64,000 nucleotides of DNA. Origin: a virus. Made by a program: the position numbers and the translations under genes. The stretch covers positions 53,392 through 117,391 of the IMG/VR virus record IMGVR_UViG_3300038393_000351; one strand, given 5' to 3'. The notes below the pieces were generated by a model. It had not been told where the DNA came from, ran no database searches, and saw only the letters and a program-made list of their open reading frames with translations. Positions within the stretch are counted from its first letter, which is position 1, and every line of letters starts with the position of its first letter. This document shows, one piece after another, positions 1-7,730 of the stretch.

Positions 1-176
1 TCCTTCATACGACGAGAGAAGTCGAGCACTCCCTTTGAGTCCGGACCGCGGTCGATGTAGTCGCCGATGAAGACGTAGCGAGTCTCCTCACCCGGAAAGT
101 TCTTTTCATAGGCTGCTATGAGCGCCTTGAGTTGATCAAGGCACCCATGAACGTCGCCGATTGCAAGTGTTTTCAT
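1..176 (-). CDS. PPP-family Ser/Thr protein phosphatase / metallophosphoesterase (5' part only, runs off window)
   Basis: Manual translation from ATG at 176: MKTLAIGDVHGCLDQL...FIGDYIDRGPDSKGV, with the GDxHG and GDxxDRG motifs. Confidence 0.9.
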   Translation of the reverse strand, partial: MKTLAIGDVHGCLDQLKALIAAYEKNFPGEETRYVFIGDYIDRGPDSKGVLDFSRRMK

Positions 177-177
177 T

Positions 178-333
178 TTACTCACTCAAGATCGCCACGA
201 TGTCCTTGGAGATCGAATCGAATACTGCGTTAGCTTCTTCCTGCGACAGATTCTTGTCGTCGATTAAGCCGTGCTTTGCAAGAGCTGTTACAACGCTAAC
301 AACGATTAAAACTGCGATCACTTCGGTGTTCAT
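178..333 (-). CDS. small protein with N-terminal hydrophobic helix
   Basis: MNTEVIAVLIVVSVVTALAKHG...; ATG at 333 overlaps the upstream stop; 3' part of ORF 178..543. Confidence 0.55.
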   Translation of the reverse strand: MNTEVIAVLIVVSVVTALAKHGLIDDKNLSQEEANAVFDSISKDIVAILSE

Positions 334-1334
334 GATGCTAATTCCTTGTTTCCTTGATAAAGACGAACTCGACCTTCCGCTTCTGCTTTGATGAAGCGGG
401 CTACGTAGTCGTCGTTGTACATAGCCAGAACTTGGTAGTAGTGTTCCCAGGCATACTCCCTCCACCATCCGGAGGTGATCGAAGTGCATACCTTCTCCAG
501 AGCGATCAGGAACGAAGTCCTCGGTGCGATCTCGAAGTTGCACGGAATCTGGCTGCGCTCCAGAGCGAGAACGTAGGACTCTTCGAGAACTGAGAGGAGC
601 TTGACGTGAATCGGAAGTTCAAAGAACTTCTTCTTATCGGTTTTAACTTCTGCGCCGTCGGCTTGAAAATACTTGTACGCCGGAGAAGTTTTTTGCATAT
701 CTTCGTCCATGCAAAACGGCCAATCCGGATCTGGAAGCGTGGCTAAAGCCGCGTGTATGTCGTCGTGCTCATACTTGTACTCGACTCCATCACCTGAGAA
801 GAACTGCTCCTTGTTCCGTTCAAGAGACGGGTGCTTATAATAGTACGTTGCCTTCTCACGTCTCTTGAACCAGTCCTGAAGCACTGGGGGTACGCTGTAA
901 CCAAGTCCCCTCAGAGCCAGGATGTCGTCCATCGTCTTCCTGAAGTGTGGATTGTTCTTCAGATAGCGGTGAGACAACTTCAGTGCTAGAACAACGTTCG
1001 GATCAGCAAAGTGAACGACGCCGAACAGATCATCTAGAAACTTTTTGTTAAACTCTGTAAATAGCGCTCGGTCTGTTCTTTTCAGTTCCCATCCAGTTGG
1101 ATTCTCGATCGGATCGGCAACCTCAAACTCGATCGGCCTGGCACCTCTCACGTGAAGATGAATGATGATCTTTAGCAACCGAGAATCATCGGTGTGAAAC
1201 TCGATTTTCTTTTCCCTAAGGCGATCTTGAAAACCATTGATTTCATCCATCGTAGCGATGGCGTCTACATCCGAGGGAATCCTCCCCAGGCGAACGCCGT
1301 GAGCGATGAGTGCATGAGAACCGATGATGAGCAT
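330..1334 (-). CDS. putative nucleotidyltransferase-fold protein (conserved phage protein)
   Basis: N-terminal IIGSHAL...R.PSDVDAI matches the pol-beta hG[GS]..DxD signature; start reassigned to ATG 1334 just after the upstream TGA. Confidence 0.6.
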   Translation of the reverse strand: MLIIGSHALIAHGVRLGRIPSDVDAIATMDEINGFQDRLREKKIEFHTDDSRLLKIIIHLHVRGARPIEFEVADPIENPTGWELKRTDRALFTEFNKKFLDDLFGVVHFADPNVVLALKLSHRYLKNNPHFRKTMDDILALRGLGYSVPPVLQDWFKRREKATYYYKHPSLERNKEQFFSGDGVEYKYEHDDIHAALATLPDPDWPFCMDEDMQKTSPAYKYFQADGAEVKTDKKKFFELPIHVKLLSVLEESYVLALERSQIPCNFEIAPRTSFLIALEKVCTSITSGWWREYAWEHYYQVLAMYNDDYVARFIKAEAEGRVRLYQGNKELAS

Positions 1335-1335
1335 G

Positions 1336-1629
1336 TCAGCAACCCGCATCCGATGATAGCCAACCTTCTAAGGCACCATGCCCTTCGAGAGGCCAATAGT
1401 CGTTCCGTACATCAGAACTATACCATGGTGTTCCATCCGATTGAACCGGAAAATAATACCCAGAGTTTCCAAATTCATCAAAGGGAGGAAGTCCAGTAAA
1501 CGAAACGATGATGCCGTGTTCATCGGCGATCTTTTCGATCTCCCAGATCTTCCTCTTAACGTAGTCGCGAAGCTCAACTCGGATTCCCTCGATCTTCGCC
1601 TGAGCTTCAGCTTTCGGATCATTAGTCAT
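1336..1629 (-). CDS. WxSS..C paralogue family member 5
   Basis: KIADEHG...GYYFP...WLSSDAGC; motifs shared with four upstream paralogues. Confidence 0.8.
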   Translation of the reverse strand: MTNDPKAEAQAKIEGIRVELRDYVKRKIWEIEKIADEHGIIVSFTGLPPFDEFGNSGYYFPVQSDGTPWYSSDVRNDYWPLEGHGALEGWLSSDAGC

Positions 1630-1810
1630 CTTGATACTTCTCCAGGATCAAGGTGAATTTCTCACCATTGATTTCGAAATTGCGATAGCTAACGTGTTCA
1701 CCGTGTTTTGAAGCTTGAAAGAATCGCCTATCTTCATATCGATCCATGACGTCTTCTATCCCATTATCGATAGAAGACGTTAGTTCATCTAGAATACTCA
1801 CGCTCAACAC
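1622..1810 (-). CDS. hypothetical protein
   Basis: 62-aa ORF filling the gap between paralogues with overlapping start/stop. Confidence 0.55.
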   Translation of the reverse strand: MLSVSILDELTSSIDNGIEDVMDRYEDRRFFQASKHGEHVSYRNFEINGEKFTLILEKYQDD

Positions 1811-2133
1811 CTTTCGGACGAACTGATCCAGTTACCGTGACTCCAGTCACGTTCGTATTCTCCGCAGTTGTTCCATGGATGATATTCATGGTGTTCCGGA
1901 TGATTTTTGTTTGGATCTTCTTCGTAACCTTCCGGAAGATCATATGCATAATCATCCCAGACTACCCAATCATCTGGACGCTTCGGGTAATAAGTTCCAG
2001 AATGCTGGTTGTCTGGGCTGGAGTAGACAAAAGGCACTATATGATCGTCGGCGATCTTTTGTGCTTCTTTCCATTTTTCTTTGATCGAATCGATGATATC
2101 ATCGATTCGATTGCGCGCTTGTTGTTGATTCAT
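1804..2133 (-). CDS. WxSS..C paralogue family member 4
   Basis: MNQQQARNRI...KIADDH...GTYYP...WISSSERC; ATG at 2133. Confidence 0.8.
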   Translation of the reverse strand: MNQQQARNRIDDIIDSIKEKWKEAQKIADDHIVPFVYSSPDNQHSGTYYPKRPDDWVVWDDYAYDLPEGYEEDPNKNHPEHHEYHPWNNCGEYERDWSHGNWISSSERC

Positions 2134-2135
2134 CT

Positions 2136-2384
2136 TCAGCAATAGATCGAAGATGAAGACCAGGACGAAGGATACCACTCACCTTCACCTGAAGCACCAC
2201 CGTCTGCGTACGGATGATTTTCCGAACCGGCCGGGTAGTAAGTACCGATGTTGCGAGGCTCGAAATCGAACTCTTCACCAGTCTCATCGGCGATCCTCTG
2301 AGCCGCGTCGATCAGTTCCTGAATCTGACCACGAATCTCAGCGAACTTCTTTCGCGCGTATTCCTTCTTACTCATACCGTCCAT
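2136..2384 (-). CDS. WxSS..C paralogue family member 3
   Basis: RIADETG...GTYYP...WSSSSIYC; GGAGG RBS before ATG 2384. Confidence 0.8.
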   Translation of the reverse strand: MDGMSKKEYARKKFAEIRGQIQELIDAAQRIADETGEEFDFEPRNIGTYYPAGSENHPYADGGASGEGEWYPSSWSSSSIYC

Positions 2385-2395
2385 TTCTTCCTCCA

Positions 2396-2656
2396 TCAGC
2401 AAGTCGACGCTTGCCAGTCAATGTGTTCATGAGACCAATGAGCGTCTGCCCATTCATCTGACGCTTCCCATTCGCACCCGCCCGACGCTTGCCAGATCAG
2501 CTCACGAGGGTGATACGTGCCCAGCGTACTCGGCTTGAAATCAAACGAGATTTCATGCTCGTCGGCGATCTCAGTCGCCTTATCGAGAAGATCGTTGACT
2601 TCAGCCAGGATCTTCTTGATATCTTTCTTCGCTTTTTCCTTCTTACTCAGCGTCAT
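2396..2656 (-). CDS. WxSS..C paralogue family member 2
   Basis: EIADEHE...GTYHP...WQASTC; AGGAG RBS. Confidence 0.8.
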   Translation of the reverse strand: MTLSKKEKAKKDIKKILAEVNDLLDKATEIADEHEISFDFKPSTLGTYHPRELIWQASGGCEWEASDEWADAHWSHEHIDWQASTC

Positions 2657-2667
2657 TCAGTTCTCCT

Positions 2668-2925
2668 TTAACAGTTCTGCGACGATGAACGCCAGAAACC
2701 ACCATCGTCTCCATACTCATTCGATGGAAACAAGTAATCGTCGGGATCACCTTCCCACTCGCTTTTTCTTGCAGGATCGGGATAATACGATCCGCCCATG
2801 CCATACGCAACACTGAAGAAGAACTCGATACCGTGAGCATCGGCGATCTCAGTAGCTTCCTTGATGAGGAGCTTTGCTTGATTCTTCAGTTCCTGAATCT
2901 TTCCTCTCGCTTCGTTCTTATCCAT
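2668..2925 (-). CDS. WxSS..C paralogue family member 1
   Basis: EIADAHG...GSYYP...WRSSSQNC; GAGGA RBS before ATG 2925 (ORF track starts at 2940). Confidence 0.8.
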   Translation of the reverse strand: MDKNEARGKIQELKNQAKLLIKEATEIADAHGIEFFFSVAYGMGGSYYPDPARKSEWEGDPDDYLFPSNEYGDDGGFWRSSSQNC

Positions 2926-2954
2926 CCGTTCCTCTTCCATATAAAGACAGTGGG

Positions 2955-2984
2955 ATTATACGTCCTAAATACTCATTCGTGAAC
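2955..2984 (-). promoter_or_regulatory. sigma70-type early promoter of the paralogue operon
   Basis: gTTCACG-17 nt-TATAAT on the minus strand, similar to T4 early GTTTAC...TATAAT. Confidence 0.65.
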
Positions 2985-3076
2985 TTATCGTTGAAAGTCT
3001 TTTTGAACCGTAAAATAGTTAACACTCATCCCTGTACAATGCCGATGATAAGGTATATGTATGATCTAGAAGGAGA

Positions 3077-3343
3077 ATGATCATGAGTATCTGGTCAGAC
3101 ATGCTTAGAGGAGCTTTTTATGGACTCTTTGGGAGCGGTTCATACATAGACTCCGATCATCCGAACCTCGATCCAGTCAAGATCGAGATCATGGAACCCA
3201 ACACTCTTCAGTGGGCTCCGGTTGGAACATCGGTACCAAACATCAACGCCGTGAGCGTCAGGCTTCGAGAAGAAGTTAGAAAAGTTCCCGGCAGGCGAGC
3301 TCGGGCTGTTGATTCTTCCGGCCGAGTAATCGACATCGCGTAA
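3077..3343 (+). CDS. hypothetical protein
   Basis: 88-aa ORF with AAGGAG RBS. Confidence 0.7.
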   Translation: MIMSIWSDMLRGAFYGLFGSGSYIDSDHPNLDPVKIEIMEPNTLQWAPVGTSVPNINAVSVRLREEVRKVPGRRARAVDSSGRVIDIA

Positions 3344-3344
3344 A

Positions 3345-3400
3345 AATAAAAGTTTCTAGATCAACTGCACTGTGGTTATAATCTGGCCACAGTGCAGTTG
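3345..3400 (+). promoter_or_regulatory. early-type promoter embedded in a 14-bp inverted repeat
   Basis: AATAAAAGTTTC...GTGGTTATAAT; arms CAACTGCACTGTGG (3362-3375) and CCACAGTGCAGTTG (3387-3400) flank TATAAT. Confidence 0.6.
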
Positions 3401-3430
3401 CTGTATCTATAACAAGGAGAACACTATACG

Positions 3431-3628
3431 ATGACGACCAATAAGACTACCAAGCTTCTGAATGAGTTCTTGAAGGGCAAGGTCCTGACCGTTGCTCAGA
3501 TCCGTTCGAAGTTCGGCGTTCGCAATGTTTCGGCACACATCTCGTACATCCGCCAGAAGCACGATCGCCGCATCGTCACTTCCCGCAAGGGAAACAAGAC
3601 CTACTACGGGTTTCAAGCTGTAGCCTAA
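3431..3628 (+). CDS. small winged helix-turn-helix DNA-binding protein
   Basis: LTVAQIRSKFGVRNVSAHISYIRQK HTH pattern followed by beta-wing; AAGGAG RBS. Confidence 0.7.
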   Translation: MTTNKTTKLLNEFLKGKVLTVAQIRSKFGVRNVSAHISYIRQKHDRRIVTSRKGNKTYYGFQAVA

Positions 3629-3655
3629 TCACTTAAATATCAAGTGGTTCGTAGG

Positions 3656-3678
3656 GCCGGCGCATAGCCGGCCTTTTT
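3656..3678 (+). terminator. rho-independent terminator
   Basis: GGCCGGC-gcata-GCCGGCC followed by TTTTT. Confidence 0.75.
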
Positions 3679-3691
3679 CGTATGAGGAGGG

Positions 3692-3877
3692 ATGATGGCA
3701 AAGAAGAAAGAAAAACAATGGAAGCTTCATGCGATGACCAAAGAGGGTTGCGCTACTCTCTTCAAGTTCTATAAAGACAGATACAACGTCAGACTGATTA
3801 AAGATCGTGAACTGGATACCAACGGAGTCACGTGGACGTTTACGATCACACATCCGTTTCCAGATGAGGTGGACTGA
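3692..3877 (+). CDS. hypothetical protein
   Basis: 61-aa ORF, GAGGAGG RBS, TGA/ATG overlap with next gene. Confidence 0.65.
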   Translation: MMAKKKEKQWKLHAMTKEGCATLFKFYKDRYNVRLIKDRELDTNGVTWTFTITHPFPDEVD

Positions 3878-4308
3878 TGAAGATAGGATTCACTGGAAAC
3901 CAACACGGAATGAGCAAGGCTCAGAGAGTAGCGTTCGCTGAGACGATCATATCCTGGGATTCAAAGCAGTTCCCAACTGAGTTTCATCATGGAGACTGCA
4001 TAGGTTCGGATGAACAAGCACACTTCATCGTGAAAGAAGTGTGTCCTCACTGGAAGATCGTAATCCATCCTCCCATCAATCATACGAAGAGGGCGTTTGT
4101 TCTGGGCGATGAGTCTCGGATCTTACGGGATTATCTACCGAGAAATCGAGACATAGTCAGCGAAGCTCTGAGGATGATAGCTACACCGGCTCAGTATCTG
4201 GAGCAACTCAGATCTGGTACGTGGTACACTATTCGGTATTCGAGAAAAAGAGGCAGAATGATCCGAATCATCTTTCCGGATGGATCGTTTCGAGACGAAA
4301 ACGTATAA
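3877..4308 (+). CDS. SLOG/DprA-YspA-like Rossmann-fold protein
   Basis: IGFTG...HHGDCIGSD...RNRDIV...SGTWYTI motif set typical of the SLOG superfamily. Confidence 0.7.
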   Translation: MKIGFTGNQHGMSKAQRVAFAETIISWDSKQFPTEFHHGDCIGSDEQAHFIVKEVCPHWKIVIHPPINHTKRAFVLGDESRILRDYLPRNRDIVSEALRMIATPAQYLEQLRSGTWYTIRYSRKRGRMIRIIFPDGSFRDENV

Positions 4309-4336
4309 ACCCGGGAAATTTCCCGGGTTTTATTTT
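4305..4336. terminator. bidirectional terminator between convergent genes
   Basis: perfect palindrome AAACCCGGGAAATTTCCCGGGTTT with T/A tails. Confidence 0.75.
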
Positions 4337-4436
4337 AACTTCCTAATATGTAGGGAATGATGATTCGAAGAAGTCCGGTATTATTAGCAATCACCATCAG
4401 TCCAATGAAGATGAGTACAGCAGTTACCCAGCGCAT
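4335..4436 (-). CDS. small membrane peptide (33 aa)
   Basis: Manual translation MRWVTAVLIFIGLMVIANNTGLLRIIIPYILGS; start overlaps regA stop. Confidence 0.5.
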   Translation of the reverse strand: MRWVTAVLIFIGLMVIANNTGLLRIIIPYILGS

Positions 4437-4837
4437 CACTTCTTCTTTCCGATAGCGTACTTTGGAGACAGTGTCCATTCCTTCTTCTCGTCGAAGTGGA
4501 TTACTTTAATCTTCTCCCGAAGGGGTCCTTCAATCTTTTCCGAGATAGCGTTCTTAGGTGTCCTGATCTTGACCAGATCCCATTGCTCAAGTAGGTCCGC
4601 GATCGTGTTTCGACGTGCTCGATCCTCATCATCGAATCCAGCATCCATGCCATCGAGCAGCCTCATCTCCTTGTAGTGAGTGATGAAGTATCGACCGCGC
4701 TTCTGTAGGATGTGGCAGGACTGATAGAGCGTCTTATCTTTTGAAATACCAATTCGAGTGAGCGTTTCCTTGACTTTCAGGAACTGCGGGCGATCTAGCG
4801 GCTCAATCTCAATAAACGTATCAATCAACTTCTGCAT
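4436..4837 (-). CDS. regA: translational repressor RegA
   Basis: FLKVKETLTRIGI...LYQSCHIL.K.GRYFI.HYKE; located after gp62. Confidence 0.95.
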   Translation of the reverse strand: MQKLIDTFIEIEPLDRPQFLKVKETLTRIGISKDKTLYQSCHILQKRGRYFITHYKEMRLLDGMDAGFDDEDRARRNTIADLLEQWDLVKIRTPKNAISEKIEGPLREKIKVIHFDEKKEWTLSPKYAIGKKK

Positions 4838-4884
4838 AACCAAAGCCTTCTTATTTTATATTGGCTTTGTATTTAGGCTTTTAC

Positions 4885-5271
4885 TTAGTTCTCGACACCT
4901 CGACTTCTGGACTCCCGCATCTCCTCGATCTGCTCGGGAGTGAGGATAGACGCCGCTTGCTCAGCTTTTACTCTGGAAAATGAGTAGGCTTCCATCAGGA
5001 ACTTAACGTCCTCAGATGAGTTCCTCTTTCCCCACTTAGCAAACCTCTTCTTAGGACGAATGGCTTCTCGATAGTAGTCGTACTGAAGCTTTGGATCAAG
5101 ATACTGATAGAGGTTGATCTCAGCTGCATGAAGAATCGTATCGGGATAGTAGGAGAGGGAGCGGTTGACCATAAACGCTGGATACTCCTTCTCTCCGTAC
5201 TCAGCCATAGGATCACCCTTCTTCTGAGTGATCGCGTCGACCCATGTAAACGGTGATACCTTCTCAGCCAT
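4885..5271 (-). CDS. gp62: clamp loader small subunit
   Basis: YPAFMVNRSLSY...QYDYY...KRFAKWGK; synteny 45-44-62-regA. Confidence 0.92.
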   Translation of the reverse strand: MAEKVSPFTWVDAITQKKGDPMAEYGEKEYPAFMVNRSLSYYPDTILHAAEINLYQYLDPKLQYDYYREAIRPKKRFAKWGKRNSSEDVKFLMEAYSFSRVKAEQAASILTPEQIEEMRESRSRGVEN

Positions 5272-5274
5272 CTG

Positions 5275-6219
5275 TTACTTCCACATCCCCGATCCCTCGA
5301 TCATGATCTCAGCCAGACAAGCCGAGAGGTTGATCTCCGGATCTACACTGAAAGCAGCCTGGTACTGATACTTCGCCAGAGTCACAACCAGAGCGGGAAT
5401 GAATCTCGGATCGAGCTGCTCAGATGCGGCGTCGTAGAACTTACGAAACACCGCTTGCTGTGAAGTATCGGAGTTCTCCGCAACCCACTTCCGTACGTTG
5501 GAATACTCCTTCTTCTTCATATAGCCAATGAGTTCATCTAGTGAAACTGACTCAAGGTTGACGAGAATTCCCGAATCGATCTTTCCGGTCGCTGAGTATC
5601 GCTGAAGTTCGTTGAGAATACGTCTCCAGTCGGGAAACCACTTCTGGATCACCGCAGCGAGAGCTTTCTTATCGTACTCGACACTCTCTTGTTCAAGGAT
5701 CACTTCCACTCGCTTCATGAACTGAACAGCGAGCTTGGCCATATCACTCTTCTTGATCTTGAAATCGATGATGGAACACCGACTCTGCAGAGCTTCAATG
5801 ATCTTATTCGGATAGTTCGCCGTTAGGATGAAGCCGCAGTTGTTCGAGAACTCCTCCATAAAGTTGCGAAGAGCCGGCTGAGTGCTGTTGGGATTCAGGT
5901 GATCGGCTTCGTCTAGGATCACGTACTTTCGTCCCTCGGAGAACGAGATAGACGACGCAAACTGAGTTATCTCATTTCGAAGAGTGTCGATGTTTCGATC
6001 GAGCGATCCATTCACGACGATGTAGTCGGAGCCAATCTCCTTAAGCATCGCTTTAGCGACAGTAGTCTTACCAACGCCGGCGTTCCCAGTCAAGAGGAGG
6101 TTCTGTACGTTCTTCTGGTCTACGTACGTTTGGAACACTTTCTTAAGATCTTCCGGCAGAATAACATCGGCGATCTTATTCGGTCTAAACTTCTCAGTCC
6201 AAAGATATTCGTCAGACAT
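5275..6219 (-). CDS. gp44: clamp loader AAA+ ATPase subunit
   Basis: WTEKFRP, Walker A GNAGVGKTT, ILDEAD, SRC motif. Confidence 0.97.
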   Translation of the reverse strand: MSDEYLWTEKFRPNKIADVILPEDLKKVFQTYVDQKNVQNLLLTGNAGVGKTTVAKAMLKEIGSDYIVVNGSLDRNIDTLRNEITQFASSISFSEGRKYVILDEADHLNPNSTQPALRNFMEEFSNNCGFILTANYPNKIIEALQSRCSIIDFKIKKSDMAKLAVQFMKRVEVILEQESVEYDKKALAAVIQKWFPDWRRILNELQRYSATGKIDSGILVNLESVSLDELIGYMKKKEYSNVRKWVAENSDTSQQAVFRKFYDAASEQLDPRFIPALVVTLAKYQYQAAFSVDPEINLSACLAEIMIEGSGMWK

Positions 6220-6256
6220 TCTAACTCCATAATATAAAGGCTCAGTTGATTTTACT

Positions 6257-6409
6257 CTACTGAGCCTGACTTTGATACTTTTTAACTAAATCGATTATAG
6301 CTTCCGCTTGCTTAGACCAATGAAGTCGATGTTCTTCTTTATAGTGAGTCGGCCACGATCCTCCATTATGGAGAATCGCAATCTGCTCAACCAATTCATC
6401 ATACGTCAT
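6257..6409 (-). CDS. hypothetical protein (50 aa)
   Basis: Manual translation MTYDELVEQIAILHNGGSWPTHY...SQAQ; ATGA overlap with upstream stop. Confidence 0.55.
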   Translation of the reverse strand: MTYDELVEQIAILHNGGSWPTHYKEEHRLHWSKQAEAIIDLVKKYQSQAQ

Positions 6410-6693
6410 TTCACATCGATCTCGACGCCGACTAGCTCAGCGATCTTCTTGATCAGAGCAGTCTTCTCCTCGAGCTCACACTCAGGCTCATTGTTGTCGA
6501 TGTCGTACTGTTTAGCGCGAATGATCCAGTCCTTAAGTTCAAGCACTTCACGCTTTAGTTCATCGAAATCTTCTTTACTAATCCGATCCGATTCGGGAAA
6601 TTGGGTAGAGGGAATCGTTGGAAAAGGTTGAAAATAAGGACGGTCTTTCCAAATATCAGTGTATCGATCTGAGACCATGCTAACTGCGCACAT
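6406..6693 (-). CDS. hypothetical phage protein
   Basis: MCAVSMVSD... start at 6693 with AAGGAG RBS; C-terminal coiled coil. Confidence 0.65.
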   Translation of the reverse strand: MCAVSMVSDRYTDIWKDRPYFQPFPTIPSTQFPESDRISKEDFDELKREVLELKDWIIRAKQYDIDNNEPECELEEKTALIKKIAELVGVEIDVK

Positions 6694-7037
6694 TATAGTT
6701 CTCCTTCTGAATGGCGAGCTTCGGCTGAACGAATGTCTCCTGTGTAGGGTTCGTTTGTATATTCGAAAATATCGGGTTTCACCGGCCAATACTCTCCCCT
6801 GACACCTCGACAGATGTAGTCGCCTACGTGAGCCGTCATCACACCTTCCAGAGTCTCGATACGAATCGTGTACTCCAGAGTGAAGATGTCGCGACTGATG
6901 GAAGCTTCGACACCTGAAGCCTTGATCTCATCGAGGATCGGCTTCGCCGTGAGTCCAGCGAACTTCATCGCCTCAGTCGTCCACTGGATCGCCTCAACGA
7001 CAACCGGCTTTCTCTTGTACTTCTTAAATACTGTCAC
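6693..7037 (-). CDS. conserved phage protein (KP-VEA...TLEG...GDY family)
   Basis: KYKRKPVVVEAIQW...IETLEG.MTA..GDYI.RG..GEYWPVKPDIF. Confidence 0.75.
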   Translation of the reverse strand: MTVFKKYKRKPVVVEAIQWTTEAMKFAGLTAKPILDEIKASGVEASISRDIFTLEYTIRIETLEGVMTAHVGDYICRGVRGEYWPVKPDIFEYTNEPYTGDIRSAEARHSEGEL

Positions 7038-7711
7038 TTCTTCTTTGACTCCGTCGTCACGAGGTAAGTAATGTTCTCCGATCCAAAGCGGGCGATTCCT
7101 CTAGATGAATACTTCACAGTATAATCAAGTGGTAGGAACTTGATGTTCTCCGATTTAAACAGAGCTGTGAACGCCTCCGTTGTAGTATCGAGCTCAGCTT
7201 CGTATGTATCTCCCGTCGGATTCTTAGAATCGAGAGCACGGAGCTTAACGGTCTCGCCGTCACCCACGACCTCAAACTCAGGAAGCTTCATGATCAGCAG
7301 AGCTTTGTTGACGTCTGCAAACACGTCGTTGCTCCAGGGAAACTCGATCTCACCCTTCTCAACGACCGCGATCAGCTTCTTGAACGTCTCGGGATCAACT
7401 GAGTTGATGTGCCTGGGATCAGCGAACGTATAGTTGAGCTGCTTCTTTCCCTCTTCGATGGTGATGAACTTATCACCGATCAGGAGCTCAGGATCTTCAA
7501 AGTGCGACATCACCGCCAGAAGACGATTGATGTCGTAGATCGCAAAGTCGCTCTCGAAGCTCTCAGCAATGGTAGCCTTAACCATGATGCTCTTGGCTTC
7601 TGAGATGGTGTAGATCTCGTTTCCCTGACGAAAGAGCAGGGACTTATTGATCGAAGCGAAGTTGCGAAGGATCGCGATCGTCTCCGGTGATAGCTTAATC
7701 TTCTGTGTCAT
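7034..7711 (-). CDS. gp45: DNA polymerase sliding clamp
   Basis: KLSPETIAILRNFASINKSL...FAIYDIN; synteny with gp44. Confidence 0.95.
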   Translation of the reverse strand: MTQKIKLSPETIAILRNFASINKSLLFRQGNEIYTISEAKSIMVKATIAESFESDFAIYDINRLLAVMSHFEDPELLIGDKFITIEEGKKQLNYTFADPRHINSVDPETFKKLIAVVEKGEIEFPWSNDVFADVNKALLIMKLPEFEVVGDGETVKLRALDSKNPTGDTYEAELDTTTEAFTALFKSENIKFLPLDYTVKYSSRGIARFGSENITYLVTTESKKK

Positions 7712-7730
7712 AATCTAAATTTCTTCTCCG

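Noticed and set aside
6238-6268. AGGCTCAGT...ACTGAGCCT inverted repeat before gp44 as a novel element
   Set aside because: Followed by TTTAT on the minus strand right after a stop codon; most simply a weak terminator or processing hairpin
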